Shown: one piece after another, positions 18,461 to 27,685 of the stretch
Position numbering within the stretch: the first letter of the stretch is position 1
How the letters are laid out: every line of letters starts with the position of its first letter
From: Minisyncoccota bacterium
Lineage (GTDB): Bacteria; Patescibacteriota; Minisyncoccia; Phycocordibacterales; UBA9973
Direction: 5' to 3'
Length of the DNA stretch: 64,000 nucleotides
Assembly (NCBI GenBank): GCA_041658325.1
Contig: JBBAAI010000002.1
Span: forward strand, 20,409 to 84,408
Notes under the pieces: generated by a model
What the model saw: only the letters and a program-made list of their open reading frames with translations
Database searches by the model: none
Told to the model about the DNA's origin: nothing
Position numbers and translations under genes: made by a program

Positions 18461-18976
18461 TTACCTCCTTTCGGGGTGGCCTTTATAAATGTATTGAATT
18501 TCTGAGATTTGGACCCAAGCTTGTTTGCTCGGATCTGCTGAAATGATGTGTACAGGTCCGGCTAGCCTTTTTATCGGATGCCGGGGGTCATCAAGGTCAA
18601 TTTGTCCTTTTCCTGAATATTCCAGTGTAACTGGTCCATGCACGCCGGGAAGTGTTAAGATAACAGGACTTCCTTGCGTGTCCAGCTCGAAAGTATAATC
18701 AAAGGTTGGGTCGCATGGTGTCATGCCTTCGAACCGTGGGATGAGAACTTTTGTTAGCACTGGTGGTGCTGGCGGTGGTTGTTTGTGAGCAGGACGATAG
18801 TACCCGAAGTACCAGATTGCGAGTCCGATCACCACCACCCACCAGAACCATTTCCAATGCCATTTAACATTGACGTGTGGCATGGAAATTGACGGCATTG
18901 ACGGTCGCCAGCCAGCTCTCCAGATGATTGCGGTGACTAGGACGACGAGGATGAATACGATGCTCGGTGTGTTCAT
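18461..18976 (-). CDS. Hypothetical two-TM, Trp/Pro-rich membrane protein
   Basis: ATGA overlap with the SPFH gene; AAGGAG SD upstream. Confidence 0.75.
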   Translation of the reverse strand: MNTPSIVFILVVLVTAIIWRAGWRPSMPSISMPHVNVKWHWKWFWWVVVIGLAIWYFGYYRPAHKQPPPAPPVLTKVLIPRFEGMTPCDPTFDYTFELDTQGSPVILTLPGVHGPVTLEYSGKGQIDLDDPRHPIKRLAGPVHIISADPSKQAWVQISEIQYIYKGHPERR

Positions 18977-20031
18977 TGGTCATCTCCTTTCTTGATGCCG
19001 AGCATCACGTTAGGGTTACCTAGGACAACTGTACCCTTGACATCTTTCAGAGCCTTCACGGCTTCCGTTTGAACACGAACATTCGCGTCAGGAACGAGCT
19101 CGATGATGTCTCCATTTTTGTCGGCAATCGCGAGACCCGTAGCGAGTAGCCGATGTTTGTTAGCGTCAGCGATGGCTCGAATCCCAGCAGCGGTTCCCGC
19201 TGCTTCTTTTTCTAGCTTTTCTTTCTCACCATCTGCGGTCGAGGAAACTGCCTCGGCTTTGAGTTTTGCTTCCTTGACTCCCGTCACAGCTTTGTTGAGC
19301 CCATGCGAGAAGGTGAATGGTTTAACGTAGGCATCGCCGAACTCAAACCCACCACCTTTTTCATCTTCTCCGTGTTGAGTGATTTCCTTTTGCAGAATAT
19401 CTCGGAGATCGTCGTTTGTTTTCTTCAGGCTCAGAAGGGCTTTTGCCGGGGTAACCTTCGAAAATTGAACACCGCAAGCTTCTACTGCTCTATCACTTAA
19501 AATCTTTCGAAGGTTTTCCAGGCTTCCATAGGTTCTTTTAAAACGTACGAGACTTTTGACGCGACCACTTACTACCACAACCACGTCCGCGACCATTGGA
19601 ATGTTGTATGGGTCGCTTTTGAGTGGTTCTTCTTCGTTTGGATCAGGGGACCCAAATTTGATCCGATTAGGTGGATACATGCCAGCCGGAACTGCCTCAA
19701 CATCTTCTTTCCTGAAGATCTTTTCCGGTTCAGCGGGCAGTTCAAATTGAAACAGGTTAGCAGATTCTTTACTTACCTTGGAAACCAGGGCTGGCGCAAA
19801 ACACAAGCCGGGGCCTAGGTCTGAAACGGGTTTCCCGAAGACTTCCACCATTCCAACTTCGTCTGTTTTCACAGTGACGAAGCTAAAAACGAGGTAAGCG
19901 AGAACGAGGGCGAGCAGAATTGCTCCCGCATTCACTCCCAAAACATTTACCTCGGTGAAAATCATTCCTAGGATTCCGACAGTTGCTAAAATTGCCAAAA
20001 CGATACTGATGAAAGTTCGGGTCTTGTCCAT
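18973..20031 (-). CDS. SPFH/band-7 domain membrane protein
   Basis: Two TMs, VEVFGKP..LGPGL motif, Ala/Glu coiled coil (ADGEK..AAGTAAG); ATG 20031 with AAGGAGG SD. Confidence 0.8.
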   Translation of the reverse strand: MDKTRTFISIVLAILATVGILGMIFTEVNVLGVNAGAILLALVLAYLVFSFVTVKTDEVGMVEVFGKPVSDLGPGLCFAPALVSKVSKESANLFQFELPAEPEKIFRKEDVEAVPAGMYPPNRIKFGSPDPNEEEPLKSDPYNIPMVADVVVVVSGRVKSLVRFKRTYGSLENLRKILSDRAVEACGVQFSKVTPAKALLSLKKTNDDLRDILQKEITQHGEDEKGGGFEFGDAYVKPFTFSHGLNKAVTGVKEAKLKAEAVSSTADGEKEKLEKEAAGTAAGIRAIADANKHRLLATGLAIADKNGDIIELVPDANVRVQTEAVKALKDVKGTVVLGNPNVMLGIKKGDDQ

Positions 20032-20121
20032 GATATTCCTCCTTGCGCCACTGGCGCAGTTAGCGCCCGCAGGCGCGGGGTTGGTTAGAAAACGTATTTT
20101 CAAGGTACCTTACTCGCTAAA

Positions 20122-20150
20122 ATTGTATCACAATAAAACAAAAAAGTCAA
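20122..20150 (-). promoter_or_regulatory. Sigma70-type promoter of the SPFH operon
   Basis: TTGACT-N17-TACAAT with TG; overlaps the terminator hairpin at about 20140-20171. Confidence 0.7.
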
Positions 20151-20189
20151 CCCTAGGGGGATGACTTTTTTGGTAGGTTTTTATTCTTT

Positions 20190-20885
20190 TTACGCGTGTT
20201 TCATCGGTGTTTCGTGATAATTTTTTTCAGCACCGAAAACTTTTCTCGCTAAGATGACAATTAATAAAATAATTATCGCAAAAATAATCCATTGTATTAA
20301 ACCAGAAGGTAAAATACTATTTGATCCGAAAATTGCGTTAGAAGCTAGAGCGCTGTAGTTGCTATCAGTACTGGTGTTTCCTGTTTGATTCATACTTGAA
20401 GAAGTATTAGTAGAGCCGTTGCTGTTGTTTGTATTTGCATTAGGAGCAACAACATTATTTATGGTAAAGAAAGACGCGTTAGAATATCCTCCACCAGGGG
20501 CTCTATTGAAGACAGTAAGATAGAATCCATCAGCACGAGACATATCATTTGCAGTTAATTGAACTAAGAGATGAGAATAATCTATAAATGTAGTAGGACG
20601 ATTGGAATCATTTAATTTAACAACTGAACTTGAAACAAAACCACTTCCGACAACAGTTATCGTCTTTGCGCCAGTGCCTATATTACTTGAGCGGGGATTT
20701 ATTGAAGTAATGGTTGGTTTTGGATTATTTATATCTGCTTCATTTACTGATATTGGATTAGCATAGCCATCAACATAACCAGGGGTAGCAGCGGCCTTAT
20801 TAAAAGGCACGAAAATTAAACCAAAAGCCAAAATAGATAGTATTTTGAAGCCCAAAAATATTGATTTATTGTTTATCTTTTTCAT
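20190..20885 (-). CDS. IPT/TIG (Ig-like) domain surface protein with C-terminal TM
   Basis: Signal peptide; NPKPTITSINP..TITVVGSGF..VFNRAPGGGYSN; Asn/Ser/Thr linker; start 20885 because the longer ORF overlaps a tRNA. Confidence 0.85.
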   Translation of the reverse strand: MKKINNKSIFLGFKILSILAFGLIFVPFNKAAATPGYVDGYANPISVNEADINNPKPTITSINPRSSNIGTGAKTITVVGSGFVSSSVVKLNDSNRPTTFIDYSHLLVQLTANDMSRADGFYLTVFNRAPGGGYSNASFFTINNVVAPNANTNNSNGSTNTSSSMNQTGNTSTDSNYSALASNAIFGSNSILPSGLIQWIIFAIIILLIVILARKVFGAEKNYHETPMKHA

Positions 20886-20923
20886 GCGTACAGTATAGCA
20901 CTTATCAATATAAATGTCAAGTG

Positions 20924-21005
20924 TGCCGGGAGGGAGACTCGAACTCCCAAGGGTTGCCCCACTAGTTCCTAAGACTAGCGCGTATACCAATTCCGCCATC
21001 CCGGC
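20924..21005 (-). tRNA. tRNA-Leu(TAG)
   Basis: GCCGGGATGGCGGAATTGGTATACGCGCTAGTC-TTAGGA..GTTCGAGTC..CCCGGCA, long variable arm. Confidence 0.97.
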
Positions 21006-21009
21006 AGGG

Positions 21010-21082
21010 TGCGTCCAGGAGGGATCGAACCTCCGACCTTATCCTTAAGAGGGATCTGCTCTACCAGCTGAGCTATGGACGC
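21010..21082 (-). tRNA. tRNA-Lys(CTT)
   Basis: GCGTCCATAGCTCAGCTGGTAGAGC, anticodon loop CTCTTAA, GTTCGATCC. Confidence 0.95.
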
Positions 21083-21134
21083 AAAAATTTTATTTTTAAA
21101 AAAGAACTATTTATTACTTAACAATCTTTCGACT

Positions 21135-21155
21135 TACCAAAACAGCTATGGGCGC
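21135..21155 (-). pseudogene. Probable decayed tRNA 5' remnant
   Basis: GCGCCCATAGCTGTTTTGGTAA resembles tRNA-Lys GCGTCCATAGCTCAGCTGGTA; no T-arm follows. Confidence 0.4.
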
Positions 21156-21173
21156 AAAAAATATTAAGTTGTG

Positions 21174-21255
21174 TGCCCGAGGTGGGAATCGAACCCACAT
21201 CCCTTACGAGACACGATTTTAAGTCGTGCGCGTATACCAGTTCCGCCACTCGGGC
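21174..21255 (-). tRNA. tRNA-Leu(TAA)
   Basis: GCCCGAGTGGCGGAACTGGTATACGCGCACGA-CTTAAAA-TCGTG..GTTCGATTCC. Confidence 0.97.
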
Positions 21256-21311
21256 AAATAACCACTCTAAAATATCTTAACATAAAAATCAAAAAACAAT
21301 TTGATTTTTTG

Positions 21312-21383
21312 AGGCCTGGGGCGGAATTGAACCGCCGCATAGAGATTTTGCAGATCTCTGCCTTACCACTTGGCTACCAGGCC
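21312..21383 (-). tRNA. tRNA-Cys(GCA)
   Basis: GGCCTGGTAGCCAAGTGGTAAGGCAGAGAT-CTGCAAA-ATCTC..GTTCAATTCC, U73 discriminator. Confidence 0.97.
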
Positions 21384-21428
21384 TTATCATATTTTATACT
21401 GTACTTATCTAAAGGCCATTTATACATC

Positions 21429-21752
21429 CTACTTTTCTCTAAGCAGTTCGTCAATTTTTTGCCTATTTTTTTCTCCCTGATCTATCTCTATATCAAGAAA
21501 AGGAATAATCTTTATTGGCAGATTCTTTTTTAAAAACTCTCTCAAATCCCCAAGATTTCTTTTTACAAAATTTAGAGCACTATTTTCTTTAGAGGCAGGG
21601 AATACAGTAATAAATATCGTTGCCCGTTTTAAATCAGGAGATACCGTAGCAGAAGTTACAGTAATAAGCGAAGTTTTATTATTTTCACGTCCCAAAAACT
21701 GAGCAGCAAACTCTTTTATACTATTTGCTACCTTGTCGTTTCTTTGTATCAT
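21429..21752 (-). CDS. rbfA: Ribosome-binding factor A
   Basis: LITVT..VSPDLKRATIFITVFP; directly downstream of infB. Confidence 0.9.
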   Translation of the reverse strand: MIQRNDKVANSIKEFAAQFLGRENNKTSLITVTSATVSPDLKRATIFITVFPASKENSALNFVKRNLGDLREFLKKNLPIKIIPFLDIEIDQGEKNRQKIDELLREK

Positions 21753-23296
21753 TTCTTTGTTATTAAAAATGATTCTATTATGTCTCCAGGTACAATTTCT
21801 ATTTTTGATTCAATCATCATTCCGAATTCAGCACCTTCTTCTACGACGCTTGTTTTTGTTTTATTTTTCTCAAGATTTACTATTTTCCCGCGACCTATTT
21901 CAAATTCTCGACGCATTATTCTGACTGTACTATTTAAATTAATTTTTCCTTCTATCACCTTACCACCTATTATTTGGCGTTCCTTTGTTTGACTAAAGGC
22001 TCGAATAATTTTTGCGCGACCGGTTGTTTCTAATGTTTCGATTTTTGGTCTCCTCTCCTCCATTTGTATTTCCAGCCATTCAGTCATTTTATAAATAATT
22101 TCAAAAAAGGAAATTATTATACCTCTTTTTTCTGCGATTTCTAAGGCGCTTCTGTCAGCTTTTACATTAAATCCAATAACCAATACATCAGCACCAGAAG
22201 CTACTCCTTTTATATCTGATTCAGAAATTGGTCCGATACCTTTTCCAACAATTTTAAATTCAGCACCGTCATTCTTTATTTTAGCTATTTCTTTTTCTAT
22301 GGCTTCTATTGATCCAGAAACATCTGCTTTTAATATTATTGGTATTATCTTTTTCCCCGTTTCTTCTGTTTTTTCTTTTTTGTTTTTACTTTTTTCAAGA
22401 TTTCTTTCTTCTTTCCAGTTTTCTATATATTTTTCAGCATCTCCCTTTTTTAGAAAGGAAACAAATGGTGCTCCTACTCTCGGCATCTTATCAAAACCCA
22501 CGATACGTACAGGAGAGGAAAAGCTTTCTTCTTCTGTCGTTTTTCCTAAGAAATTTTCCATTATGCGGGTGGAGCACATACTATCTTCCACAACAACGGT
22601 CATTCCTTTTTTGATTGAACCATCTTTTATAATTAAGGTCGCCAATATTCCACGCCTGGAATCCAAATTTACTTCTATTACAAACCCAGAAGCGTCGAGA
22701 GAACTATCTCCAGTCAAGTTTTCCATCTCAGCCAAAATTAAAATAAGTGATAGCAAGCCGTCTATTCCCGTACCGATTTTTGCTGAAATTTCTGCATAGG
22801 GTATTTTGCCACCATAGTTTTCTAGATAAATTTCATTTTCAGCCAATTCTGTTTTTGTTTTTTCTAAATTAGCACTTGGTCTATCTATTTTATTTATAGC
22901 AACGATGCATGGAATTTTAGATTCCACGATAGTTTTCCAGGCTTCTATCGTTTGTGGTTTTACTCCGTCTTCAGCTGAAACGACCAATATAGCAATGTCT
23001 GCTATTTCTGCACCGCGCTCACGCATTTTTGAAAAGGCTTCGTGTCCAGGAGTGTCCAAAAAAGTTATTTTTTTATTTTCCCCATTTTCGTCTTTATGCA
23101 CAACTTCATAAGCGGAAATACATTGAGTAATGCCTCCAGTTTCGCACTCAACTACATTTGTTTTTCTTATGTAATCAAGCAAGGTTGATTTTCCGTGATC
23201 AATGTGACCCATAATCACTACCACCGGCGGCCTCGCCTGTAGGCTTACGGCCGAGGGCCTTGCCGTTATGTTTTGTTTTTCTTTTTTTGTATTCAT
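21749..23296 (-). CDS. infB: Translation initiation factor IF-2, short form lacking the N-domain
   Basis: [33 protein letters not shown]. Confidence 0.97.
   Translation of the reverse strand: MNTKKEKQNITARPSAVSLQARPPVVVIMGHIDHGKSTLLDYIRKTNVVECETGGITQCISAYEVVHKDENGENKKITFLDTPGHEAFSKMRERGAEIADIAILVVSAEDGVKPQTIEAWKTIVESKIPCIVAINKIDRPSANLEKTKTELAENEIYLENYGGKIPYAEISAKIGTGIDGLLSLILILAEMENLTGDSSLDASGFVIEVNLDSRRGILATLIIKDGSIKKGMTVVVEDSMCSTRIMENFLGKTTEEESFSSPVRIVGFDKMPRVGAPFVSFLKKGDAEKYIENWKEERNLEKSKNKKEKTEETGKKIIPIILKADVSGSIEAIEKEIAKIKNDGAEFKIVGKGIGPISESDIKGVASGADVLVIGFNVKADRSALEIAEKRGIIISFFEIIYKMTEWLEIQMEERRPKIETLETTGRAKIIRAFSQTKERQIIGGKVIEGKINLNSTVRIMRREFEIGRGKIVNLEKNKTKTSVVEEGAEFGMMIESKIEIVPGDIIESFLITKK
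23229..23257. repeat. GC-rich hairpin segment in infB
   Basis: GGCCTCGCC..GGCCGAGGG, same termini as 54120-54178. Confidence 0.65.
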
Positions 23297-23751
23297 TATA
23301 CTTTTGCTTTTATAAGTGCTTCTTTTTCTTCTGTCGTGAGCTCGTATTCTGATTTACCGTTTTTAATAGGTTTGGCAAATATACTCATTCGTTCACGAGA
23401 ATATAAACTTGAAATTACTAAACCATTTTCTTCTTCGTTTAACATACCAATCGCAAAACTTTGATTGCTTCCTTGATCGGGGAAAGGATTAAAACGGATG
23501 GTTTCAAGCCCACGAATGCTTTTTTTTAGTTTTGTATTTATTATGGAAATTTCTTTTTCAAAATTTTCTTTCGCTTTTTTTAATTTTACAATATCGTTTT
23601 CTAGAATAATGATGGTATCTTCTAAATCTTTTGCTTTTTTACCAAGGAAAAATCTTCCTAGGCGTTTTTCGGTGATAATCATCCAAATAGTACCGATCAA
23701 AATAGTGATTCCGATTAAAATAAAAAAAGCGATTTCAAGCTTTGTATTCAT
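23296..23751 (-). CDS. DUF4446-like membrane-anchored protein
   Basis: TM, coiled coil, RFNPF..G.NQSF and LTTEEKEA motifs. Confidence 0.8.
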   Translation of the reverse strand: MNTKLEIAFFILIGITILIGTIWMIITEKRLGRFFLGKKAKDLEDTIIILENDIVKLKKAKENFEKEISIINTKLKKSIRGLETIRFNPFPDQGSNQSFAIGMLNEEENGLVISSLYSRERMSIFAKPIKNGKSEYELTTEEKEALIKAKV

Positions 23752-23775
23752 ACAATTTCAATATATACTATTTTT

Positions 23776-24921
23776 ATGTTGAAATCAAACGAAATATATT
23801 TAGATTATGCTGCTGGAGCGGAGGCAAATTCTAGTTCTATTCATTCAGCAGGCATGAAGGTAAAGATAAAACTTCAAAATTCACGTAGAGAAGTGGCTAG
23901 TGTTTTAGGCGCCAGGCCGGAAGAAATAATTTTTACGAGTGGTGGCACAGAAAGTAATAATCTTGCAATTCAGGGTATTGTTTTCGCTTGGTATGAAAAA
24001 AAGAAGGGGAAAATTTTACCACACATCATTACGACGAATATTGAACATCCTTCAGTATTAGAGACATGCAGATTACTTCATAAAAGAAAACTTGCAGAAA
24101 TTTCTATCATATCAGTGGAGGAAAACGGAATAGTGGATCCCCAAAAAATAAAAAAAGAAATAAAGAAAAATACTATACTTATTTCTGTAATGTACGCGAA
24201 TAATGAAATCGGTACTATCCAGCCGATAAAAGAAATTGCAAAACAAATTAAGTATTATAAAAAGAAAAATAAAAGAAATGATATTTTTTTTCATACTGAT
24301 GCAGTACAGGCGGTAAACTATTTTGATTTAAACGTTGAAAGACTTGGGGTAGATTTATTGTCACTTTCTGGTTCAAAAATTGAAGGTTCTGGGAGAGTAG
24401 GTGTGCTTTTTAAAAAGAAATCTGTGCCACTTGTAAGTATTTTTGGTGGGGGAGATCAAGAACATGGGTTTCGACCCGGAACAGAAAATTTGCCGGAGAT
24501 TTTTAAATTTACATCCGCGCTGGTGACTACTCAACAAATCAGGGAAAAAGAAATAAAACGTTTAACGAAACTCCGTGATTATTTTATCTCATCTCTAATT
24601 CGCGCGAATAAGCGAATAGTTTTTAATGGCGATTTGCAGAATAGATTACCTAATAATGTAAACATTACAATTTCCAAAATTCCAAGCGATCTTTTAGTAA
24701 TAGAGCTTTCGGCTAAGGGAATAATGGCCTCCTCAAAAAGTGCTTGTAAAAGTTCCAAAGCGGAGGGTTCTTATGTGATAAAAGCATTGCATAGAGAAGC
24801 AGATCCTGAAATTGGCGGACTGCGTTTTTCCTTGGGCAGAGACACAACTAAAAAAGATATTGATTACACCGTCAAAACTTTAGCCAATATTTTAATTAAA
24901 CTAAAAAAGTGGTATCATTAA
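23776..24921 (+). CDS. Cysteine desulfurase (IscS/NifS-like)
   Basis: YLDYAA, FTSGGTESNN, NNEIG, HTDAVQ, SGSK (PLP Lys), RPGTEN, SAC catalytic Cys. Confidence 0.92.
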   Translation: MLKSNEIYLDYAAGAEANSSSIHSAGMKVKIKLQNSRREVASVLGARPEEIIFTSGGTESNNLAIQGIVFAWYEKKKGKILPHIITTNIEHPSVLETCRLLHKRKLAEISIISVEENGIVDPQKIKKEIKKNTILISVMYANNEIGTIQPIKEIAKQIKYYKKKNKRNDIFFHTDAVQAVNYFDLNVERLGVDLLSLSGSKIEGSGRVGVLFKKKSVPLVSIFGGGDQEHGFRPGTENLPEIFKFTSALVTTQQIREKEIKRLTKLRDYFISSLIRANKRIVFNGDLQNRLPNNVNITISKIPSDLLVIELSAKGIMASSKSACKSSKAEGSYVIKALHREADPEIGGLRFSLGRDTTKKDIDYTVKTLANILIKLKKWYH

Positions 24922-24924
24922 AAA

Positions 24925-25359
24925 ATGAATCCTGAAGAATCAATAATTAAAAAATTTCATCCCCATCCTTTTTATTTTTTTAGTTTTTATTTTAGTGGAA
25001 TTTTACTTTTTGCTGGTTCTATCGTTGCTTGGGTTTATTTTTCCAAGAATTCAATTTTGTTAATTTCCCTGGTTGGCATTCTAGTATTTTTTTTAGCGGA
25101 AATTTCTCGACATGCCGAAACTTTTTATATTCTTGATGGAGGGATTGCAAGAGAATATAGACTACTCTCCACTTCCAGGGAATTTGCCGAATATGAAAAA
25201 ATCCAAAATATTAAAATCAATCAAAGTTTTCTTGAAAACATGTTTGGTATTGGAAATATAAATTTTGATACAGCTGGAGGTGATATCGTGGAAGTACGTT
25301 TTCATGGTATTGAAAATCCATATGAAATAGAAAGTCTTATTCGGGAAAAAATGAAATAA
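24925..25359 (+). CDS. Bacterial PH-domain membrane protein
   Basis: Two TMs, then KIQNI.I.QS..MFGIGNI.FDTAG. Confidence 0.8.
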   Translation: MNPEESIIKKFHPHPFYFFSFYFSGILLFAGSIVAWVYFSKNSILLISLVGILVFFLAEISRHAETFYILDGGIAREYRLLSTSREFAEYEKIQNIKINQSFLENMFGIGNINFDTAGGDIVEVRFHGIENPYEIESLIREKMK

Positions 25360-25530
25360 CATAAAAACGGTATTGACAGATTTGTTTTGTAAGTGTACTC
25401 TCTCCAATAGTAAAGTTCTTTTAATAACAAAATTTGTGTTGTTCGCTATAGCTTTTAGTGTATAAAAGAAATTTTGTAAATTAAAAGCTATAGCGACACG
25501 GGGTCGTTAAGCAAACAAGGGAGAGATACC

Positions 25531-26013
25531 ATGGAGAAGATAATTACTGTCGATCGCAGCACATCTTTTGATCCAAGTTTGTTTTTCGGACAGGAGGGCT
25601 GGTCTACCTCCGACGGGGATGAAGACGGTCGCGCGCTGAACCTCACGGAGGTAGACCTCGAAAGGATTGAGTTTGAAGCAATTTCTTTCAAAAAGAACGA
25701 GACTTCTATCTCGGGAGAAAAGTGGTTGCGTCGCCTAAAGAAAACTGGGAACATCCTGTTGGATGCGAAATTTCTTGAGGCGATTAAAAAAGACACAAGC
25801 GTCATTCCTACCAGCTGGAAGAAGAAACTCAAGGGGCGTCCCGGAGCTCCTTGCACTGTTGCTTTTCCTGGCGTAGTTCTTGTTTGTCCACAGGGGGGAA
25901 GGTTTGTTCTTACTCTCATGTGGTACAAAGGCGAGTGGGATATCAACCCGCTTGGTCTTGCTGGGGATTGGGAGGCAGTAGATTTTGCTGCTGTGCTTCC
26001 AAGAGTTAATTAG
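25531..26013 (+). CDS. Hypothetical protein (CPR-type family)
   Basis: TTGACA-N17-TACTCT promoter, GGGAGA SD, own terminator; visibly GC-richer than neighbours. Confidence 0.75.
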   Translation: MEKIITVDRSTSFDPSLFFGQEGWSTSDGDEDGRALNLTEVDLERIEFEAISFKKNETSISGEKWLRRLKKTGNILLDAKFLEAIKKDTSVIPTSWKKKLKGRPGAPCTVAFPGVVLVCPQGGRFVLTLMWYKGEWDINPLGLAGDWEAVDFAAVLPRVN

Positions 26014-26034
26014 CAAGTTTTGCATCAAGTTTCG

Positions 26035-26067
26035 AATCCCACAAACAGCATGTTTGTGGGATTTTTG
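26035..26067 (+). terminator. Rho-independent terminator
   Basis: AATCCCACAAACA-GCA-TGTTTGTGGGATT plus T-run. Confidence 0.88.
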
Positions 26068-26209
26068 CTTTTTAAAAGATAAAAACAATATTGACAAAAA
26101 TCACTTTTAACTTTATTATCCATAGTGGAAATATGGGGGATTGTCCTCATGACTGTAACCGCACAGTAAAGCGGAATGTACTTTATATATAAAGAAGGGA
26201 GAAGAAAAA

Positions 26210-26758
26210 ATGACTCCGAATATGTGTTCTCATTTATGTTTTAGACCCACGGAGAAATTTAGTTTGTTTGCAAATCTCGGTATTCTTACTGTACCTGAGG
26301 ATTATGTGCATTCTTCTCAGCTCATGTCGTTTCAAAAAAAACACCGAATTGAGTTTGAAGGTTATAATTGCGACATTACAGATCTGAATTTTCAGAACCC
26401 GAGTTGTGTCTTAAGCCCAGGTGATAGATTTTTAGTTCGAGCCCACAGACAAGTTATCTCTAGCACTACAACGTCTGATGAGTGTTTGGAGTTTCTTGCA
26501 ACGCTCAATTCACATTACACGGGCGCACAAGGAGCTTCATTGGTTTTCGAGCAAAAAAGAGATCAATTACCAAAGGACTTCCGATATTTGTCTTTAGACG
26601 TGAAAGATCGTCTTTGGGAAGATCCTCGTGGTGACCACAGAATACCGACAGTGGTTGCTGGTGTTCATGGGGAATTCTATTTTTTCCTCGATTGTCTTGA
26701 GGACACGCGAGAAGATTTTCAGATTGTTTTATCTTTCTGTGACGTGCCCCAAATTTGA
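26210..26758 (+). CDS. Hypothetical protein (CPR-type family)
   Basis: 182-aa ORF, purine-rich GGGAG leader, terminator downstream. Confidence 0.7.
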   Translation: MTPNMCSHLCFRPTEKFSLFANLGILTVPEDYVHSSQLMSFQKKHRIEFEGYNCDITDLNFQNPSCVLSPGDRFLVRAHRQVISSTTTSDECLEFLATLNSHYTGAQGASLVFEQKRDQLPKDFRYLSLDVKDRLWEDPRGDHRIPTVVAGVHGEFYFFLDCLEDTREDFQIVLSFCDVPQI

Positions 26759-26791
26759 GCTACAAATGTGTAATTTTCACCCTCTCGAGTT

Positions 26792-26825
26792 AAAAGCCTC
26801 CGCTGGAAAGCGGAGGCTTTTTTTT
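26792..26825 (+). terminator. Rho-independent terminator
   Basis: AAAAGCCTCCGCT-GGAA-AGCGGAGGCTTTT plus T-run. Confidence 0.9.
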
Positions 26826-26864
26826 AATATTTTGTAAAAACTAAAAAGATGGTATTATAAAAAG

Positions 26865-27647
26865 ATGGATATTAAAGATTTAAATAAATCACAATTAATA
26901 TTGTTAGCAGTTTTGCTCTCTTTTGTTACCTCTATCGCAACGGGGATAACGACTGTTACCTTGATGCAACAAGCTCCAGCTTCCGTTACGACACCTATTA
27001 ATCGCGTTGTTCAACAAACAATAGAAAAAATTCAACAAGTTGAAGGAAAAACAACAGTACAAACAATTGTTGTCAAAGAAGAAGATTTGGTTGTAGATGC
27101 GCTTGCTAAAAATAAAACATCCTTATTTATAGTAACTAAAGAAATTCAAGATACAGAAGGGAAAACCATTGAAGTTTCAGCCGGACGAGGATTTGCAATT
27201 TCCGCAGATGGTATTGTTGTGGCGGATGCTTCACTTGTGCCGGATAGGGGAGTTTATTATCTTAAAAATGATAGTGGAAAATTTAAAGCGGATTTTGTAT
27301 CTGCTAATAAAGACGGGTTTTCTTTTCTAAAAATAGGAATCCCTGTAAATGGAACAGATAAGCTTGTGTTTACAGTCCCAGTTTTTGGTGATTTAAGTAA
27401 AATGAAAATTGGACAAAAAATTTTAGTAATAGGAAATACAATAATTTCTTTTATGTTTGAAGGATTGAATTCAAATAAAAGCATAGATATTAATATATCA
27501 AAATCTAATGCAGGAAGTTTAGTGCTAAATTTAGATGGGGAAGCCTTGGGAGTAGCGCTTTCTTCAGATATTTTATCTTTTGTTTCGATTAAGACTATCA
27601 ATGAAGCTTTAGTATTATCGTCAACTGCTTCGTCAAAAGTTCAATAG
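26865..27647 (+). CDS. Membrane-anchored trypsin/HtrA-like domain protein, probably catalytically inactive
   Basis: GRGFAISADGIVVADASLV (no His) and SNAGSLVLNLDGE (no GNSGG Ser). Confidence 0.7.
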   Translation: MDIKDLNKSQLILLAVLLSFVTSIATGITTVTLMQQAPASVTTPINRVVQQTIEKIQQVEGKTTVQTIVVKEEDLVVDALAKNKTSLFIVTKEIQDTEGKTIEVSAGRGFAISADGIVVADASLVPDRGVYYLKNDSGKFKADFVSANKDGFSFLKIGIPVNGTDKLVFTVPVFGDLSKMKIGQKILVIGNTIISFMFEGLNSNKSIDINISKSNAGSLVLNLDGEALGVALSSDILSFVSIKTINEALVLSSTASSKVQ

Positions 27648-27685
27648 GATTTTTCTTCTTGACACGTAGTGTATAATTTAAATAT

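Noticed and set aside
20886-20999. N-terminal extension of the IPT/TIG ORF
   Set aside because: Overlaps tRNA-Leu and a consensus promoter; true start is 20885
21171-21533. 120-aa ORF on the + strand
   Set aside because: Antisense shadow of tRNA-Leu, tRNA-Cys and rbfA
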